A stretch of 64,000 nucleotides of DNA from an uncultured Erysipelotrichaceae bacterium (GTDB lineage Bacteria > Bacillota_I > Bacilli_A > Erysipelotrichales > Erysipelotrichaceae). Position 1 is the stretch's first letter; each line of letters opens with the position of its first letter. A program made the position numbers and the translations under genes. Below the pieces are notes generated by a model that saw only the letters and a list, made by a program, of their open reading frames with translations, had not been told where the DNA came from and made no database searches. The DNA is taken from positions 31,734 through 95,733 of the forward strand of contig CAZKJS010000002.1 in the NCBI GenBank assembly GCA_964553255.1, read 5' to 3'. Positions 30,981 through 40,620 of this stretch are shown piece after piece.

Positions 30981-31008
30981 AAACTAAGCAAAACAAGCTT
31001 AGTTTTTT
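30981..31008 (+). terminator. rho-independent terminator
   Basis: aaactaagc (30981-30989) pairs with gcttagttt (30997-31005), T run to 31008. Confidence 0.7.
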
Positions 31009-31116
31009 CATTCTTTAGTATTAAGTACGTATAACTTATATATTTGTCTATACAAATAAGCTATAATAGAATTAATATAAAGCATAGACAAAACAAGATA
31101 ACTAATAGGAGGAATA

Positions 31117-32193
31117 ATGAAAAAATTCATGGTTGAGTGTGCACAAGAAGCACCGCAAGTTTGTCAAAAAGTCTATCAAAATAAAGATGAAAATGTTGGA
31201 AAATTAGTTGAACTATATTTAACGAAAGACTATAAAGGCATAGTTTTAGTTGGTTCTGGTTCATCATATAATATTGCTGCGAGCGCTAAATATGCGATAG
31301 AGAAATATCTTAAAACTGAGGTAAAAATATATACACCAGTAAGCTTTGAATACTATGATTATAAACATAGCGTTGATCATTTAGTTATATTCATGTCACA
31401 AAGTGGAAGAAGTACTAACACAGTAAACGCCTTAAATGTCGCAATAGCTAACAACTATGATATTGCCAGCTTAACTATGGTAGTTAATAATCCATTGGCT
31501 AAGGCTAGTGAAAACGCCTTCTATTATGGATCATGGACTGATGAAGCGGATAGTTATGTTTGTCGTGGTTTTAGTGCTTCAGCATTGTACTTAATCCTAT
31601 TTGCGCTTGAAGCTGGGGTTAGAAAAGCAACTATTACTAAGGATGAGTATAAAGCGGCGCATAAGGAATTGAGTGCAATACTTAAAAATATGACAAGTGT
31701 TCATGAAGCGGTTGAAAAGTTTTATGGCATTCACAAAAACGAACTATATAACATTAGAAGAGCAATGACGTTAGGAATCGGGCCAACATACGCAACAGCA
31801 CTTGAATCATGTTTGAAGTTCTCAGAAACAACGGGTATTGCGACTAATGGTTATGAACTAGAAGAGTTCTTACATGGTCCAGCATATGAAGTAAAAAAAG
31901 ACCATGCTGTATTTATCATCGATGTTGATGAAAAACTACATGAGCGCGCTATGAAAATATATGAAGCAAGTAAAGAGTTAACAGATAAAGTATATGTTGT
32001 AACCTGTTTTGATAATTATGTGGGTAATCGGGTTATCAAATTAAGTGAGAAGTTTGACCCAGTATTAATGCCACTAATCACAGTAATACCTTTTCAACTA
32101 ATACCAGGTCATATATGTGAAGATCTCAACATAAGAGCAGTAACAATCTGTAATTATCGGGCTTCACAAATCGCTAAGTCAAAATTGAACTAA
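31117..32193 (+). CDS. double-SIS-domain sugar-phosphate isomerase/deaminase-like protein (GlmS-C/FrlB/AgaS family)
   Basis: 358 aa. First SIS (VLVGSGSSYNIA...FMSQSGRSTNT) followed by a second SIS-like half. No glutaminase domain. Confidence 0.75.
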   Translation: MKKFMVECAQEAPQVCQKVYQNKDENVGKLVELYLTKDYKGIVLVGSGSSYNIAASAKYAIEKYLKTEVKIYTPVSFEYYDYKHSVDHLVIFMSQSGRSTNTVNALNVAIANNYDIASLTMVVNNPLAKASENAFYYGSWTDEADSYVCRGFSASALYLILFALEAGVRKATITKDEYKAAHKELSAILKNMTSVHEAVEKFYGIHKNELYNIRRAMTLGIGPTYATALESCLKFSETTGIATNGYELEEFLHGPAYEVKKDHAVFIIDVDEKLHERAMKIYEASKELTDKVYVVTCFDNYVGNRVIKLSEKFDPVLMPLITVIPFQLIPGHICEDLNIRAVTICNYRASQIAKSKLN

Positions 32194-32203
32194 TAATGAT
32201 ATC

Positions 32204-32232
32204 TTTACATCTAAGCGCTAGATGACTATAAT
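32204..32232 (+). promoter_or_regulatory. sigma-A type promoter of the metG leader
   Basis: TTTACA (32204-32209), 17 nt, TATAAT (32227-32232). Confidence 0.55.
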
Positions 32233-32238
32233 GTAATA

Positions 32239-32449
32239 AAGGTTATGATCAAAAGAGTAACAAAGATAGTCGCATAGAGAGTAAGTGATTGGTGGAAGCT
32301 TATCGACAAAGGTTGTTAACATGGTTTGTGAACTGATTGTTCGATAGGTAGAATGATACGTAACCCGCGTTAAGGGATAGAGCATAGCCTCATTTGGTTA
32401 TGAAATTAAGGTGGTAACACGCAAGAGCGTCCTTTGGATGCTCTTTTTT
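32239..32449 (+). promoter_or_regulatory. T-box leader (tRNA-sensing riboswitch) controlling metG
   Basis: AGAGAG box (32276-32281). Distal-loop GGTGGAA (32291-32297). Candidate specifier ATG (32331-32333). Conserved T-box AAATTAAGGTGGTAACACGC (32403-32422). Terminator AAGAGCGTCC/GGATGCTCTT (32423-32445) plus a T run. Confidence 0.85.
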
Positions 32450-32459
32450 AGGAGAAAAA

Positions 32460-34382
32460 ATGGAAAACAAAGGGAAATATTACATAACAACTGCGATTGC
32501 TTATACTTCAGGAAAGCCACATATTGGCAATGTTTATGAAATTGTCTTAGCTGACAGTATTGCACGCTATAAAAAAATGATCGGATATGATGTGTTTTTT
32601 CAAACAGGTACTGATGAGCATGGACAAAAGATAGAAGATAAAGCAAAAAAAGCAGGATTAGAACCACAAGTTTATGTTGATAACATCGCAAATATGATCA
32701 AAGAACAGTTTGATGGCATGAATATTTCATATGATAAATTCATGCGTACTACCGATAAACATCATGAAAAACAAGTTCAAAAGATATTTAAGAAACTTTA
32801 TGACAAAGGTGATATTTATAAATCATACTATCAAGGTTTATATTGTAAAGATTGCGAGTCTTTTTTCACTGAATCACAACTTTTAGATGGTAAATGTCCT
32901 GATTGTGGTAGAGCAGTAGAAGCAGCTAAAGAAGAAGCTTACTTTTTCAAAATGAGTAAGTACGCTGATCGTTTAATGAAACATATTGAAAACAATCCTC
33001 ACTTCATCCAGCCTGAATCACGTAAAAATGAAATGGTGAATAACTTCATCAAACCAGGACTTCAAGATCTTTGTGTATCACGTACTTCGTTTAAGTGGGG
33101 AATACCAGTTGATTTTGATCCAAAACACGTTGTGTATGTATGGATTGATGCTTTAACTAACTATATCACTGGTCTTGGCTTTGACCTTGATGGTAATAAT
33201 GATCCTTTATTTGATAAATACTGGCCAGCTGACATTCACCTAATTGGAAAAGATATCCTGCGTTTCCATACTATCTATTGGCCAATCATGTTAATGGCAC
33301 TTGATATTGAATTACCCAAACAAGTATTTGGCCATCCATGGTTATTGGTGGGTGATGGAAAGATGAGTAAATCAAAGGGTAATGTTATTTACGCTGATGA
33401 TCTTAGAAGCTACTTTGGGCGTGATGCAGTGCGTTATATCATGTTACATGAAATGCCTTTTAGCCAAGATGGAACGGTTACTTATGAGCTAATGATCGAA
33501 AGAATTAATTCAGATCTAGCCAATGTTTTAGGTAATTTAGTAAATCGTACAATAGCGATGACTAATAAATATTTTGAGGGTGTTATCGAAAACGCAAAAG
33601 TTTATGAAGCTATTGATGATGAACTGATCGACTTAACCAAAGCAACACCAATTAAGGTTGAAAAGAAAATGAGTGAGCTTCGTGTACAAGATTCACTAGA
33701 TGAGATATTCACTCTTCTAAAGCGTAGCAACAAATATATCGATGAGACCATGCCTTGGAAGTTAGCTCAAGATGAAAGCCAAAAGAACCGTCTTAAAACC
33801 GTCTTATATAATCTATTAGAGGCAATAAGAACAGCCGCTATCTTGCTTGAACCATATTTACCAGAGACCGCAGTTAAGATCTTAGATCAACTTAATACTA
33901 AGCAACGTACATACGATACCCTATCATCATTTGGACAGTTAGAAGATGGTATTAAGGTTACAGCTAAACCAGAGATATTGTTTGCACGCTTAGATGAAAA
34001 AGAAGTGCTAAGCAAGATTGCAGAAGATCAAAAACCACTAGTAGAAAAGAAAGAAGAGAAACCAACGATCGACATCACTGACTTTGGGAAGATTCAACTA
34101 AAAGTGGGAACCGTCATTAAATCAGAGAAACATCCAAAAGCGGATAAATTACTAGTATCACAAATTGATATCGGCAATGAAACTCGCCAGATCGTCAGTG
34201 GAATAGCTACCTTTATCTCACCCGAGGATTTTGTGGGTAAAAAGGTGGTAGTCGTTACCAATTTAAAACCAGCGATGATCCGTGGTATTGAATCACAAGG
34301 TATGATCTTAGCTGGTGAAGATAGTGATGGACTTGAAGTCATTAACGTTACTAAACTAGCGAATGGTAGTGAAATAAGATAA
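32460..34382 (+). CDS. metG: methionyl-tRNA synthetase with C-terminal tRNA-binding (EMAP/Trbp111-like) domain
   Basis: HIGN (GKPHIGNVYE) and KMSKS motifs, a Zn knuckle CKDCESF...CPDCG, and a C-terminal OB domain (LKVGTVIKSEKHPKADKLLVSQIDIG). Confidence 0.96.
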   Translation: MENKGKYYITTAIAYTSGKPHIGNVYEIVLADSIARYKKMIGYDVFFQTGTDEHGQKIEDKAKKAGLEPQVYVDNIANMIKEQFDGMNISYDKFMRTTDKHHEKQVQKIFKKLYDKGDIYKSYYQGLYCKDCESFFTESQLLDGKCPDCGRAVEAAKEEAYFFKMSKYADRLMKHIENNPHFIQPESRKNEMVNNFIKPGLQDLCVSRTSFKWGIPVDFDPKHVVYVWIDALTNYITGLGFDLDGNNDPLFDKYWPADIHLIGKDILRFHTIYWPIMLMALDIELPKQVFGHPWLLVGDGKMSKSKGNVIYADDLRSYFGRDAVRYIMLHEMPFSQDGTVTYELMIERINSDLANVLGNLVNRTIAMTNKYFEGVIENAKVYEAIDDELIDLTKATPIKVEKKMSELRVQDSLDEIFTLLKRSNKYIDETMPWKLAQDESQKNRLKTVLYNLLEAIRTAAILLEPYLPETAVKILDQLNTKQRTYDTLSSFGQLEDGIKVTAKPEILFARLDEKEVLSKIAEDQKPLVEKKEEKPTIDITDFGKIQLKVGTVIKSEKHPKADKLLVSQIDIGNETRQIVSGIATFISPEDFVGKKVVVVTNLKPAMIRGIESQGMILAGEDSDGLEVINVTKLANGSEIR

Positions 34383-34396
34383 AGAGGATTAATAAG

Positions 34397-34436
34397 AAAG
34401 AGTTGGCATATTATATAATGCCAACTCTTTTTGTTT
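34397..34436. terminator. bidirectional rho-independent terminator
   Basis: Perfect 13-bp stem: aaagagttggcat (34397-34409) with atgccaactcttt (34418-34430). T-rich on both sides. It sits between convergent genes. Confidence 0.75.
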
Positions 34437-34452
34437 TAAATAAGTGATTAAT

Positions 34453-35013
34453 TTACTTTACATCATAAGCAGATGCTCCAGTAAAGGAGATGTTGTTGTT
34501 GTAATTACCTTCTTTAAGAATATGAGTAAATCTAAAGTTTGGATTATCTTTAAGTTCCGTTTGATAAGCTAAACGATCATCACTTAAAGTCTCCCATAAA
34601 CCAAGATACTCAAGTAAACTTTGGTAATCTTCTTTATTAAAGTCAGAGTTATGAAACTCAATATTGAAATATTCAAGCTCTACATTGTCAGCTGTTTTAC
34701 TAAAATAGTAGTATTTTTCATCAAGGTCACTCATTAGTTTTTCATACATATTTATTTCTGGCTTATTAAGTTCAAGGTTTTTGCCTTCTATGTAATAGAT
34801 ATAACCATGGATAGCGGTCACATATTTAGTATTGTCAGCATCTAGATTGATCGTTATAGCTGAAGAGATCTTTTTGTCTTCAATAGTATAACGTACACCA
34901 TACTGTTCATCATGTTTTAAATCAGTCTTTCCACAAGCCGATAATAAACATATAGATATAAGTAGTGTTAGATACATTATCAATTGTTTTTTGTATGAGT
35001 TGGTAGTATGCAT
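34453..35013 (-). CDS. hypothetical lipoprotein
   Basis: 186 aa. Signal peptide plus lipobox LLSACG. AAAGGAA RBS. No recognisable catalytic motif. Confidence 0.6.
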   Translation of the reverse strand: MHTTNSYKKQLIMYLTLLISICLLSACGKTDLKHDEQYGVRYTIEDKKISSAITINLDADNTKYVTAIHGYIYYIEGKNLELNKPEINMYEKLMSDLDEKYYYFSKTADNVELEYFNIEFHNSDFNKEDYQSLLEYLGLWETLSDDRLAYQTELKDNPNFRFTHILKEGNYNNNISFTGASAYDVK

Positions 35014-35058
35014 TGGGGTTCCTTTTTTTATTTGTGATAAATAATAATAATTTCATTA

Positions 35059-35067
35059 ATTATAACA
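35059..35067 (-). promoter_or_regulatory. extended -10 element TGTTATAAT upstream of the lipoprotein gene
   Basis: The minus strand reads TGTTATAAT about 45 nt upstream of the ATG at 35013. Confidence 0.4.
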
Positions 35068-35138
35068 CGAAAAAGCAATAATCATGCGATTTTATCAACT
35101 TTATTATCATAAAAGAGTTTAACAGAGCTATTATTGAA

Positions 35139-35170
35139 ATTAAAAACCGTTGATATACGATCAACGGTTT
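35139..35170 (-). terminator. rho-independent terminator after phoR
   Basis: Perfect 11-bp stem: aaaccgttgat (35144-35154) with atcaacggttt (35160-35170). On the minus strand it is followed by TTTTT. Confidence 0.7.
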
Positions 35171-35192
35171 AAGACATTTATTATGGTGATAA

Positions 35193-36854
35193 TCAACTTG
35201 GAAATCTAATGGTAAATGTAGTTCCTTTATCCTCAATACTTTCAAGATCAATTGTAGCGTTGTGGAATTTTGCACCATTTTTGACAATGGCTAAACCAAG
35301 ACCGGTACCACCAGTTAAGCGTGAATGACTCTTGTCGACACGATAGAAGCGTTCAAAGATTCGTTGTTGGTGTTCTTTAGCGATACCAATTCCAGTATCA
35401 GTGATAGATAGTAATGCTTGTTTATCCGCTTGTTTTAAAGTGATAGTCACACTACCATTTTGTTTATTATATTTGATCGCATTATCGCATAGGTTATACA
35501 CCATTTCGTATATTATGTTGCGTACACCATTAACATATAGGTCATTTCCGATTAAGTTTATTGTGATATTGTTTTCATCAGCTTTGGTTTTGAGCGATTT
35601 AATGACATCTTCGCTAACGGTTTTAAGATTAAGTTTTTCAAAATCTAGACTTACTTCTTTTTCATCTAGTCGCGATAATTTGATGATATCATCAATTAGA
35701 TCAAGTAAATTCTGTGCTTCAGTATTTATGTTAGAAGCGAACTTAGGGATATCTTCGCTTTTAGCGATACCATTTTCAATGATATCAGCGTAACCAATTA
35801 TTGAAGTAAGGGGGGTTTTTAGTTCGTGTGAAACATTGGCTGAAAACTCTTTTCTTAAGTTTTCGCGTTCATGTTTCTCAGTGACATCCATCAATAGTAT
35901 TACGGCTGCTTTGTTTGTGTCATTATTTATGGGGCTAGCGATAATTTGATATAAGCGACCAGGGGCTTGATATAGGGTATCTACGACTTCATTACTTAAT
36001 GCTTGATTGATCGTACTAATAAACGCTTCTGAACGATTTAGGGTCATATAGTTTTTATTTAAAGCTAGTGCTTGATCGATCTCAAATATCTTGGCTGCAC
36101 TACTATTGATTGACATGATATTGCCATTCTTACCAATAACAAGTAAGCCTTCTTGCATATTATTGATAATAGAGTTAAACTCTATATTTTGCTCATTAAG
36201 TAGTTGCATTTGTTTCTCATTACTACGATTTTGCTCATCCAAACGTATTAGTAAAGGAGATAAATCATCATAGGTTTCATTAGCTAAAGGACTATCTAGG
36301 TTTATAGCGTTAATAGGGGCGACTAGACTATCAGTTTGACGACTTGATACATATATGGTCACAAACAACATAAAGCCCATTAACAAGGTTAAAAACGGTA
36401 TACCGCTGATTAGTGTAGTGATAACACTTGATGTGATTGAAGCTACTCTTAATACATGACCATTATCCAGCATTAAGGCATAATAGAATGTTTGTTGGTT
36501 AATGGTTGATGAGTAACGCGTAGTTTCACCATAACCAGTTTTAATAGCTGATTGAATTTCAGGACGATTTAAGTGGTTTTCCATAGTCCTATAATCACTT
36601 GCTGAATCAAAAAGCACGGTACCATCAACATCGATGATGGTAATACGATTAGTCGCTGAATGATCATCAATCTTTTCTAGATATGTTTCTTCATCAATAT
36701 TTAAGGCAACGGCGATATAAGTAGCTTCAGAGCGAAGTGTAGATTTCATTTGGTCATAAAAGCGAGCATACATAAAAACACTCATTGCGATAAAAGTTAA
36801 AGTACTACTGATAATTGCTAGATATAGTAAGTTTTTAAAAATTTTATTTCTCAT
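35193..36854 (-). CDS. phoR: phosphate-sensing histidine kinase PhoR-like
   Basis: 553 aa. Two TM segments, a PAS-like region, H-box FSANVSHELKTPLTSI, and N/G boxes (DNAIKYN, DTGIGI, GGTGLGLAIV). Location in the pst-pho operon supports the call. Confidence 0.85.
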   Translation of the reverse strand: MRNKIFKNLLYLAIISSTLTFIAMSVFMYARFYDQMKSTLRSEATYIAVALNIDEETYLEKIDDHSATNRITIIDVDGTVLFDSASDYRTMENHLNRPEIQSAIKTGYGETTRYSSTINQQTFYYALMLDNGHVLRVASITSSVITTLISGIPFLTLLMGFMLFVTIYVSSRQTDSLVAPINAINLDSPLANETYDDLSPLLIRLDEQNRSNEKQMQLLNEQNIEFNSIINNMQEGLLVIGKNGNIMSINSSAAKIFEIDQALALNKNYMTLNRSEAFISTINQALSNEVVDTLYQAPGRLYQIIASPINNDTNKAAVILLMDVTEKHERENLRKEFSANVSHELKTPLTSIIGYADIIENGIAKSEDIPKFASNINTEAQNLLDLIDDIIKLSRLDEKEVSLDFEKLNLKTVSEDVIKSLKTKADENNITINLIGNDLYVNGVRNIIYEMVYNLCDNAIKYNKQNGSVTITLKQADKQALLSITDTGIGIAKEHQQRIFERFYRVDKSHSRLTGGTGLGLAIVKNGAKFHNATIDLESIEDKGTTFTIRFPS

Positions 36855-37524
36855 CTTTTTTACCCAATTTATAACCTAAGCCATGCACAGTTTCGATATA
36901 ATGACTATAAGATCCTAACTTCTTTCTTAGTGAGCGGATATGAACATCAACAGTTCGTGTTTCACCATCAAAACTATAGCCCCAAATTTTCTCTAAAAGC
37001 ACATCTCTGGTTAATACAATATTTCGTGATTTCATAAGGTTACTCAACAGTTCAAATTCCTTAACAGTTAATTCAACTAATGCATCATTTAAATAAACCT
37101 CATGACTGTTTAGATCAACACTTAACTCTTTATAGGTTAGTACATCCTGTTTGATCTTATCATTAGATCTTCTTAATACTGCTTTGATTCGTGATATTAA
37201 CTCCATCATGCCAAAAGGTTTTGTGACATAATCATCAGCCCCTTGATCTAAGGCAACAACTTTATCATACTCATTTGTTTTGGCTGTTAACATAATTACC
37301 GGAATCTTTACCGTGTCATTATTACTTCTAAGTTTTTTTAAGATATCATTGCCGTTTTCATCTGGTAACATTATATCCAACAAAACAAGATCAGGTTTAA
37401 ATATATTAACTTCTTTAAAAAATTCCTTACTATTCGCAAAGCCCTTAGCTTTAAACCCAGTATGGTTTAAAGTATAGATTATCAATTCACGGATATTGAT
37501 ATCATCTTCAACACAATATATCAT
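36844..37524 (-). CDS. phoP: OmpR-family response regulator PhoP/PhoB-like
   Basis: Receiver domain (DLVLLDIMLPD, LTAK) plus a winged-helix trans_reg_C domain (VDVHIRSLRKKL...VHGLGYKL). Confidence 0.85.
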   Translation of the reverse strand: MIYCVEDDINIRELIIYTLNHTGFKAKGFANSKEFFKEVNIFKPDLVLLDIMLPDENGNDILKKLRSNNDTVKIPVIMLTAKTNEYDKVVALDQGADDYVTKPFGMMELISRIKAVLRRSNDKIKQDVLTYKELSVDLNSHEVYLNDALVELTVKEFELLSNLMKSRNIVLTRDVLLEKIWGYSFDGETRTVDVHIRSLRKKLGSYSHYIETVHGLGYKLGKKDEK

Positions 37525-38174
37525 AACTCTCTCCCTTCTTTATGGATGCCAGTCATTGAGAATTCAACCCATTCAGCAATATTAGTCGCATGGTCGGCGA
37601 TCCTTTCAAGATATTTAGCGATCATTAAGATATCAATGGCATGTGATGCATCTTTGATATTATCACGAATGTATTCAATTAGTTCATTTCGTATGACATT
37701 AAAATGTTGATCGACAATATCATCATCACTTATGATCTTATACGCCAGATTTAAATCTTGCTTTACAAAGGAGTCAATACTTTCGTTAACCATCTTGATG
37801 GCAGCCAATGCCATTTCTTTTAAATGAACACTATTAACAGCGTTTGTTAAGTCAGCTTTGGTTACGATCATCGCGATTTCTTCAGCTTGATCACCTATTC
37901 TTTCCATATCAGTGATCATCTTTAAAGCGGCAGAGATAATACGTAAGTCTTTCGCGACTGGTTGTTGTTGTAAAAGCAGTTTTAAACAAAGACTTTCAAT
38001 GTCTTTTTCGTATTGATTTATTTCTCTTTCTTGTTGGATGACCAAATTAGCTAATTCATTATCTTGATTTAATAAAGCTCTTACTGCTCTTGCGATCGCT
38101 GTTTCACATAAGGCGCCCATTTTGATCAATTGTAAATTTAGCTCTTCAAGTTGAGTTTCAAATTGTTTACGCAT
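37521..38174 (-). CDS. phoU: phosphate signalling complex protein PhoU
   Basis: 217 aa with two PhoU repeats (ERIGDQAEEI, ERIADHATNIAEW). The ATG shares one base with the pstB stop (TAATG). Confidence 0.9.
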   Translation of the reverse strand: MRKQFETQLEELNLQLIKMGALCETAIARAVRALLNQDNELANLVIQQEREINQYEKDIESLCLKLLLQQQPVAKDLRIISAALKMITDMERIGDQAEEIAMIVTKADLTNAVNSVHLKEMALAAIKMVNESIDSFVKQDLNLAYKIISDDDIVDQHFNVIRNELIEYIRDNIKDASHAIDILMIAKYLERIADHATNIAEWVEFSMTGIHKEGREL

Positions 38175-38926
38175 TAGCCAAACCTCCCTGTGATATAATC
38201 TTCTGTTCTTTTATCCTTTGGTACTGAAAATATTCTTTCGGTTTTGTCATATTCAATAATCTCACCAAGTAAGAAGAAGGCGGTATGATCGGAAATTCTA
38301 ACTGCTTGTTGCATGTTATGGGTAACGATGATGATCGTATACTTCTGTTTAAGCTCACTTATTAAATCTTCTATTTTATTAGTAGAAATAGGATCTAAAG
38401 CAGAAGTGGGTTCATCCATTAAGAGTATCTCTGGATTAACTGCTAAAGCACGAGCGATACATAAACGTTGTTGTTGACCACCAGATAAACTAAGAGCACT
38501 TTTATTGAGATTATCTTTTACTTCTTCCCAAATAGCAGCTTGCTGTAATGATCTTTCAACTATTTCATGAAGTTCTTTTTTATTTTTAACACCATGCGTT
38601 TTTGGTCCAAAAGCGATATTATCAAAAATACTCATCGGAAAGGGATTGGGTTTTTGAAATACCATTCCGACATTCTTGCGAAGTAAATTGATATCAACGT
38701 TTTGATCATAGATGTTTTGATTATCAATGATCACTTCACCGGTTATCTTGCAATCTTCGATCAAATCATTCATTCGATTTAATGTTCTAAGCAAAGTTGA
38801 TTTACCACACCCTGAAGGGCCAATAAAAGCAGTTATCTCGTTAAGTGGAATGCTTAAGTTAATGTCTTTCAAAGCGTGGTTATTTCCATAAAATAAATTC
38901 ACATTTTTGATTAAGATCTCATTCAT
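38174..38926 (-). CDS. pstB: phosphate ABC transporter ATP-binding protein
   Basis: [36 protein letters not shown] and the typical PstB C-terminus YITGRFG. Confidence 0.95.
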   Translation of the reverse strand: MNEILIKNVNLFYGNNHALKDINLSIPLNEITAFIGPSGCGKSTLLRTLNRMNDLIEDCKITGEVIIDNQNIYDQNVDINLLRKNVGMVFQKPNPFPMSIFDNIAFGPKTHGVKNKKELHEIVERSLQQAAIWEEVKDNLNKSALSLSGGQQQRLCIARALAVNPEILLMDEPTSALDPISTNKIEDLISELKQKYTIIIVTHNMQQAVRISDHTAFFLLGEIIEYDKTERIFSVPKDKRTEDYITGRFG

Positions 38927-38929
38927 ATT

Positions 38930-39766
38930 TTAACCTTTCTTAAAACGCTTCGCAATAAATGTTGATAATGCGTTAATAACAATGACAACTAGTAGTAAAA
39001 CAACAGCTGTAGCGTATGATTCATTGACATATAAACCCTCATTATTCAGGGCATACATATGTATCGCTAAAGTGCGACCACTTGAAAATAAGGATGATGG
39101 AATTTGGGCTATAGTACCAGCTGTAAAGATTAATGCGGCAGTTTCACCCACAATACGACCAATAGCTAAGATAATACCAGCCAATACTCCAGGTATTGCT
39201 GATGGTAAGACAATCCTAAAGATAGTTCTAAGCTTTCCAGCACCTAAACCGTAACTTCCTTGACGATATTCAATTGGAATAGCGATAAGGGCTTCTTCAG
39301 TAGTTCTGATGATCAAAGGTAATATCATGATGGCTAGCGTTAAAGCGCCTGCCATTAAAGAGTAACGCCAACCAATAAAAGTAAGGAAAAATAAGTAACC
39401 AAAAAGGCCATACACAATTGAAGGTATACCCGCTAAGGTTTCTGTTGTTAAGCGAATAACATTAACAAGTTTGTTTTTCTTATTAGCGTACTCAACAAGA
39501 TAGATCGCTGAGAATATACCAATAGGTGCAGCGAAAAATAATGTCAATAAAGTCAAAGTAACAGTATTAACCATTGCTGGAAACAATGATACATTATCTG
39601 AATTATAGTTAAATTCAAAGAGCGAGGGTTTTAGATTTATTAATCCTTTAATGAGGATATAACCAAGAATAAAAAGGATAATGATGATTGTAAATATTAT
39701 AGCTGTTTTAACAGCGAAACTAAGAAAGATTGATAACCAATCATGTTTTTTAACACGATGTTCCAT
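38930..39766 (-). CDS. pstA: phosphate ABC transporter permease PstA
   Basis: 278 aa BPD permease (YGLGAGKLRTIFRIVLP). Operon position. Confidence 0.9.
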   Translation of the reverse strand: MEHRVKKHDWLSIFLSFAVKTAIIFTIIIILFILGYILIKGLINLKPSLFEFNYNSDNVSLFPAMVNTVTLTLLTLFFAAPIGIFSAIYLVEYANKKNKLVNVIRLTTETLAGIPSIVYGLFGYLFFLTFIGWRYSLMAGALTLAIMILPLIIRTTEEALIAIPIEYRQGSYGLGAGKLRTIFRIVLPSAIPGVLAGIILAIGRIVGETAALIFTAGTIAQIPSSLFSSGRTLAIHMYALNNEGLYVNESYATAVVLLLVVIVINALSTFIAKRFKKG

Positions 39767-40617
39767 TATTTCATCCTCCTTTTTAAAGTCGCAAAGGAAA
39801 GATTAATGATCAAGATAAAGACAAATAAAACAACCGCTGTCGCTATTAATGCATAACGATGAATATCTGCCGCATAACCCATCTCTAAAACGATATTTGC
39901 GGTCATTGTTCGTACCCCCTGTAGTAACGAATTAGGGATTATTGGTTGATTACCCGCAACCATGATTACCGCCATTGTTTCTCCTATCGCTCTTCCTATT
40001 CCTAATATGACAGCAGCTAAAATACCTGATTTTGCGGCTGGGACAACAGCGAAGAAGACACTACGTTCATGACTTGCGCCAAGGGCAAGTGCACCTTCAT
40101 AGTAGGATTGATCAACCGCCCGAATAGCACTTTCACTAATACCAATGATGGTTGGTAAGATCATGATACCAAGTAATATTGATGCAGCTAATAAAGAGTT
40201 ACCATTACCACCAAGATAATTACGGATAAAAGGAACGATGACCATAAGGCCAAAAAAACCGTAGACTATTGATGGAATACCCGCTAATAGTTCAATTACC
40301 GGTTTAAGAATACTATAGAGTTTTCTTGGACAAAAGCGAGCCATATAAATAGCCGTTAATAAGCCAAGAGGTACCCCCATAACAATGGCGCCAGCAGTAA
40401 CATAAATACTACCGATGATCATTGGAAAGATACCATATAATTCATTATTAGGTCGCCATCTTTGACCTAGGATAAAATTGGTTACACCAATTTCTTTCAG
40501 AGCTATATATCCATTGGCAAACAAGAAGACACATATTAGCGCTACCGCTAAAATAGAAGCACATGCGGCAAGTAAGAATACCCACTGCATGACTTTCTCT
40601 TTGTTAAGAAACTTCAT
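39766..40617 (-). CDS. pstC: phosphate ABC transporter permease PstC
   Basis: 283 aa BPD permease (EGALALGASHERSVFFAVVP). Operon position. Confidence 0.9.
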   Translation of the reverse strand: MKFLNKEKVMQWVFLLAACASILAVALICVFLFANGYIALKEIGVTNFILGQRWRPNNELYGIFPMIIGSIYVTAGAIVMGVPLGLLTAIYMARFCPRKLYSILKPVIELLAGIPSIVYGFFGLMVIVPFIRNYLGGNGNSLLAASILLGIMILPTIIGISESAIRAVDQSYYEGALALGASHERSVFFAVVPAAKSGILAAVILGIGRAIGETMAVIMVAGNQPIIPNSLLQGVRTMTANIVLEMGYAADIHRYALIATAVVLFVFILIINLSFATLKRRMK

Positions 40618-40620
40618 ATA

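Noticed and set aside
32398-32691. 97-aa minus-strand ORF spanning the T-box terminator and the metG start.
   Set aside because: It overlaps a recognisable riboswitch and the metG N-terminus, and its protein is low-complexity.
35060-35287. 75-aa minus-strand ORF overlapping the 3' end of phoR and its terminator.
   Set aside because: It crosses a terminator hairpin and overlaps phoR out of frame, with no RBS.
38167-38358. 63-aa minus-strand ORF inside the pstB 3' region.
   Set aside because: It is an alternative frame of pstB, and PstB is complete and conserved without it.
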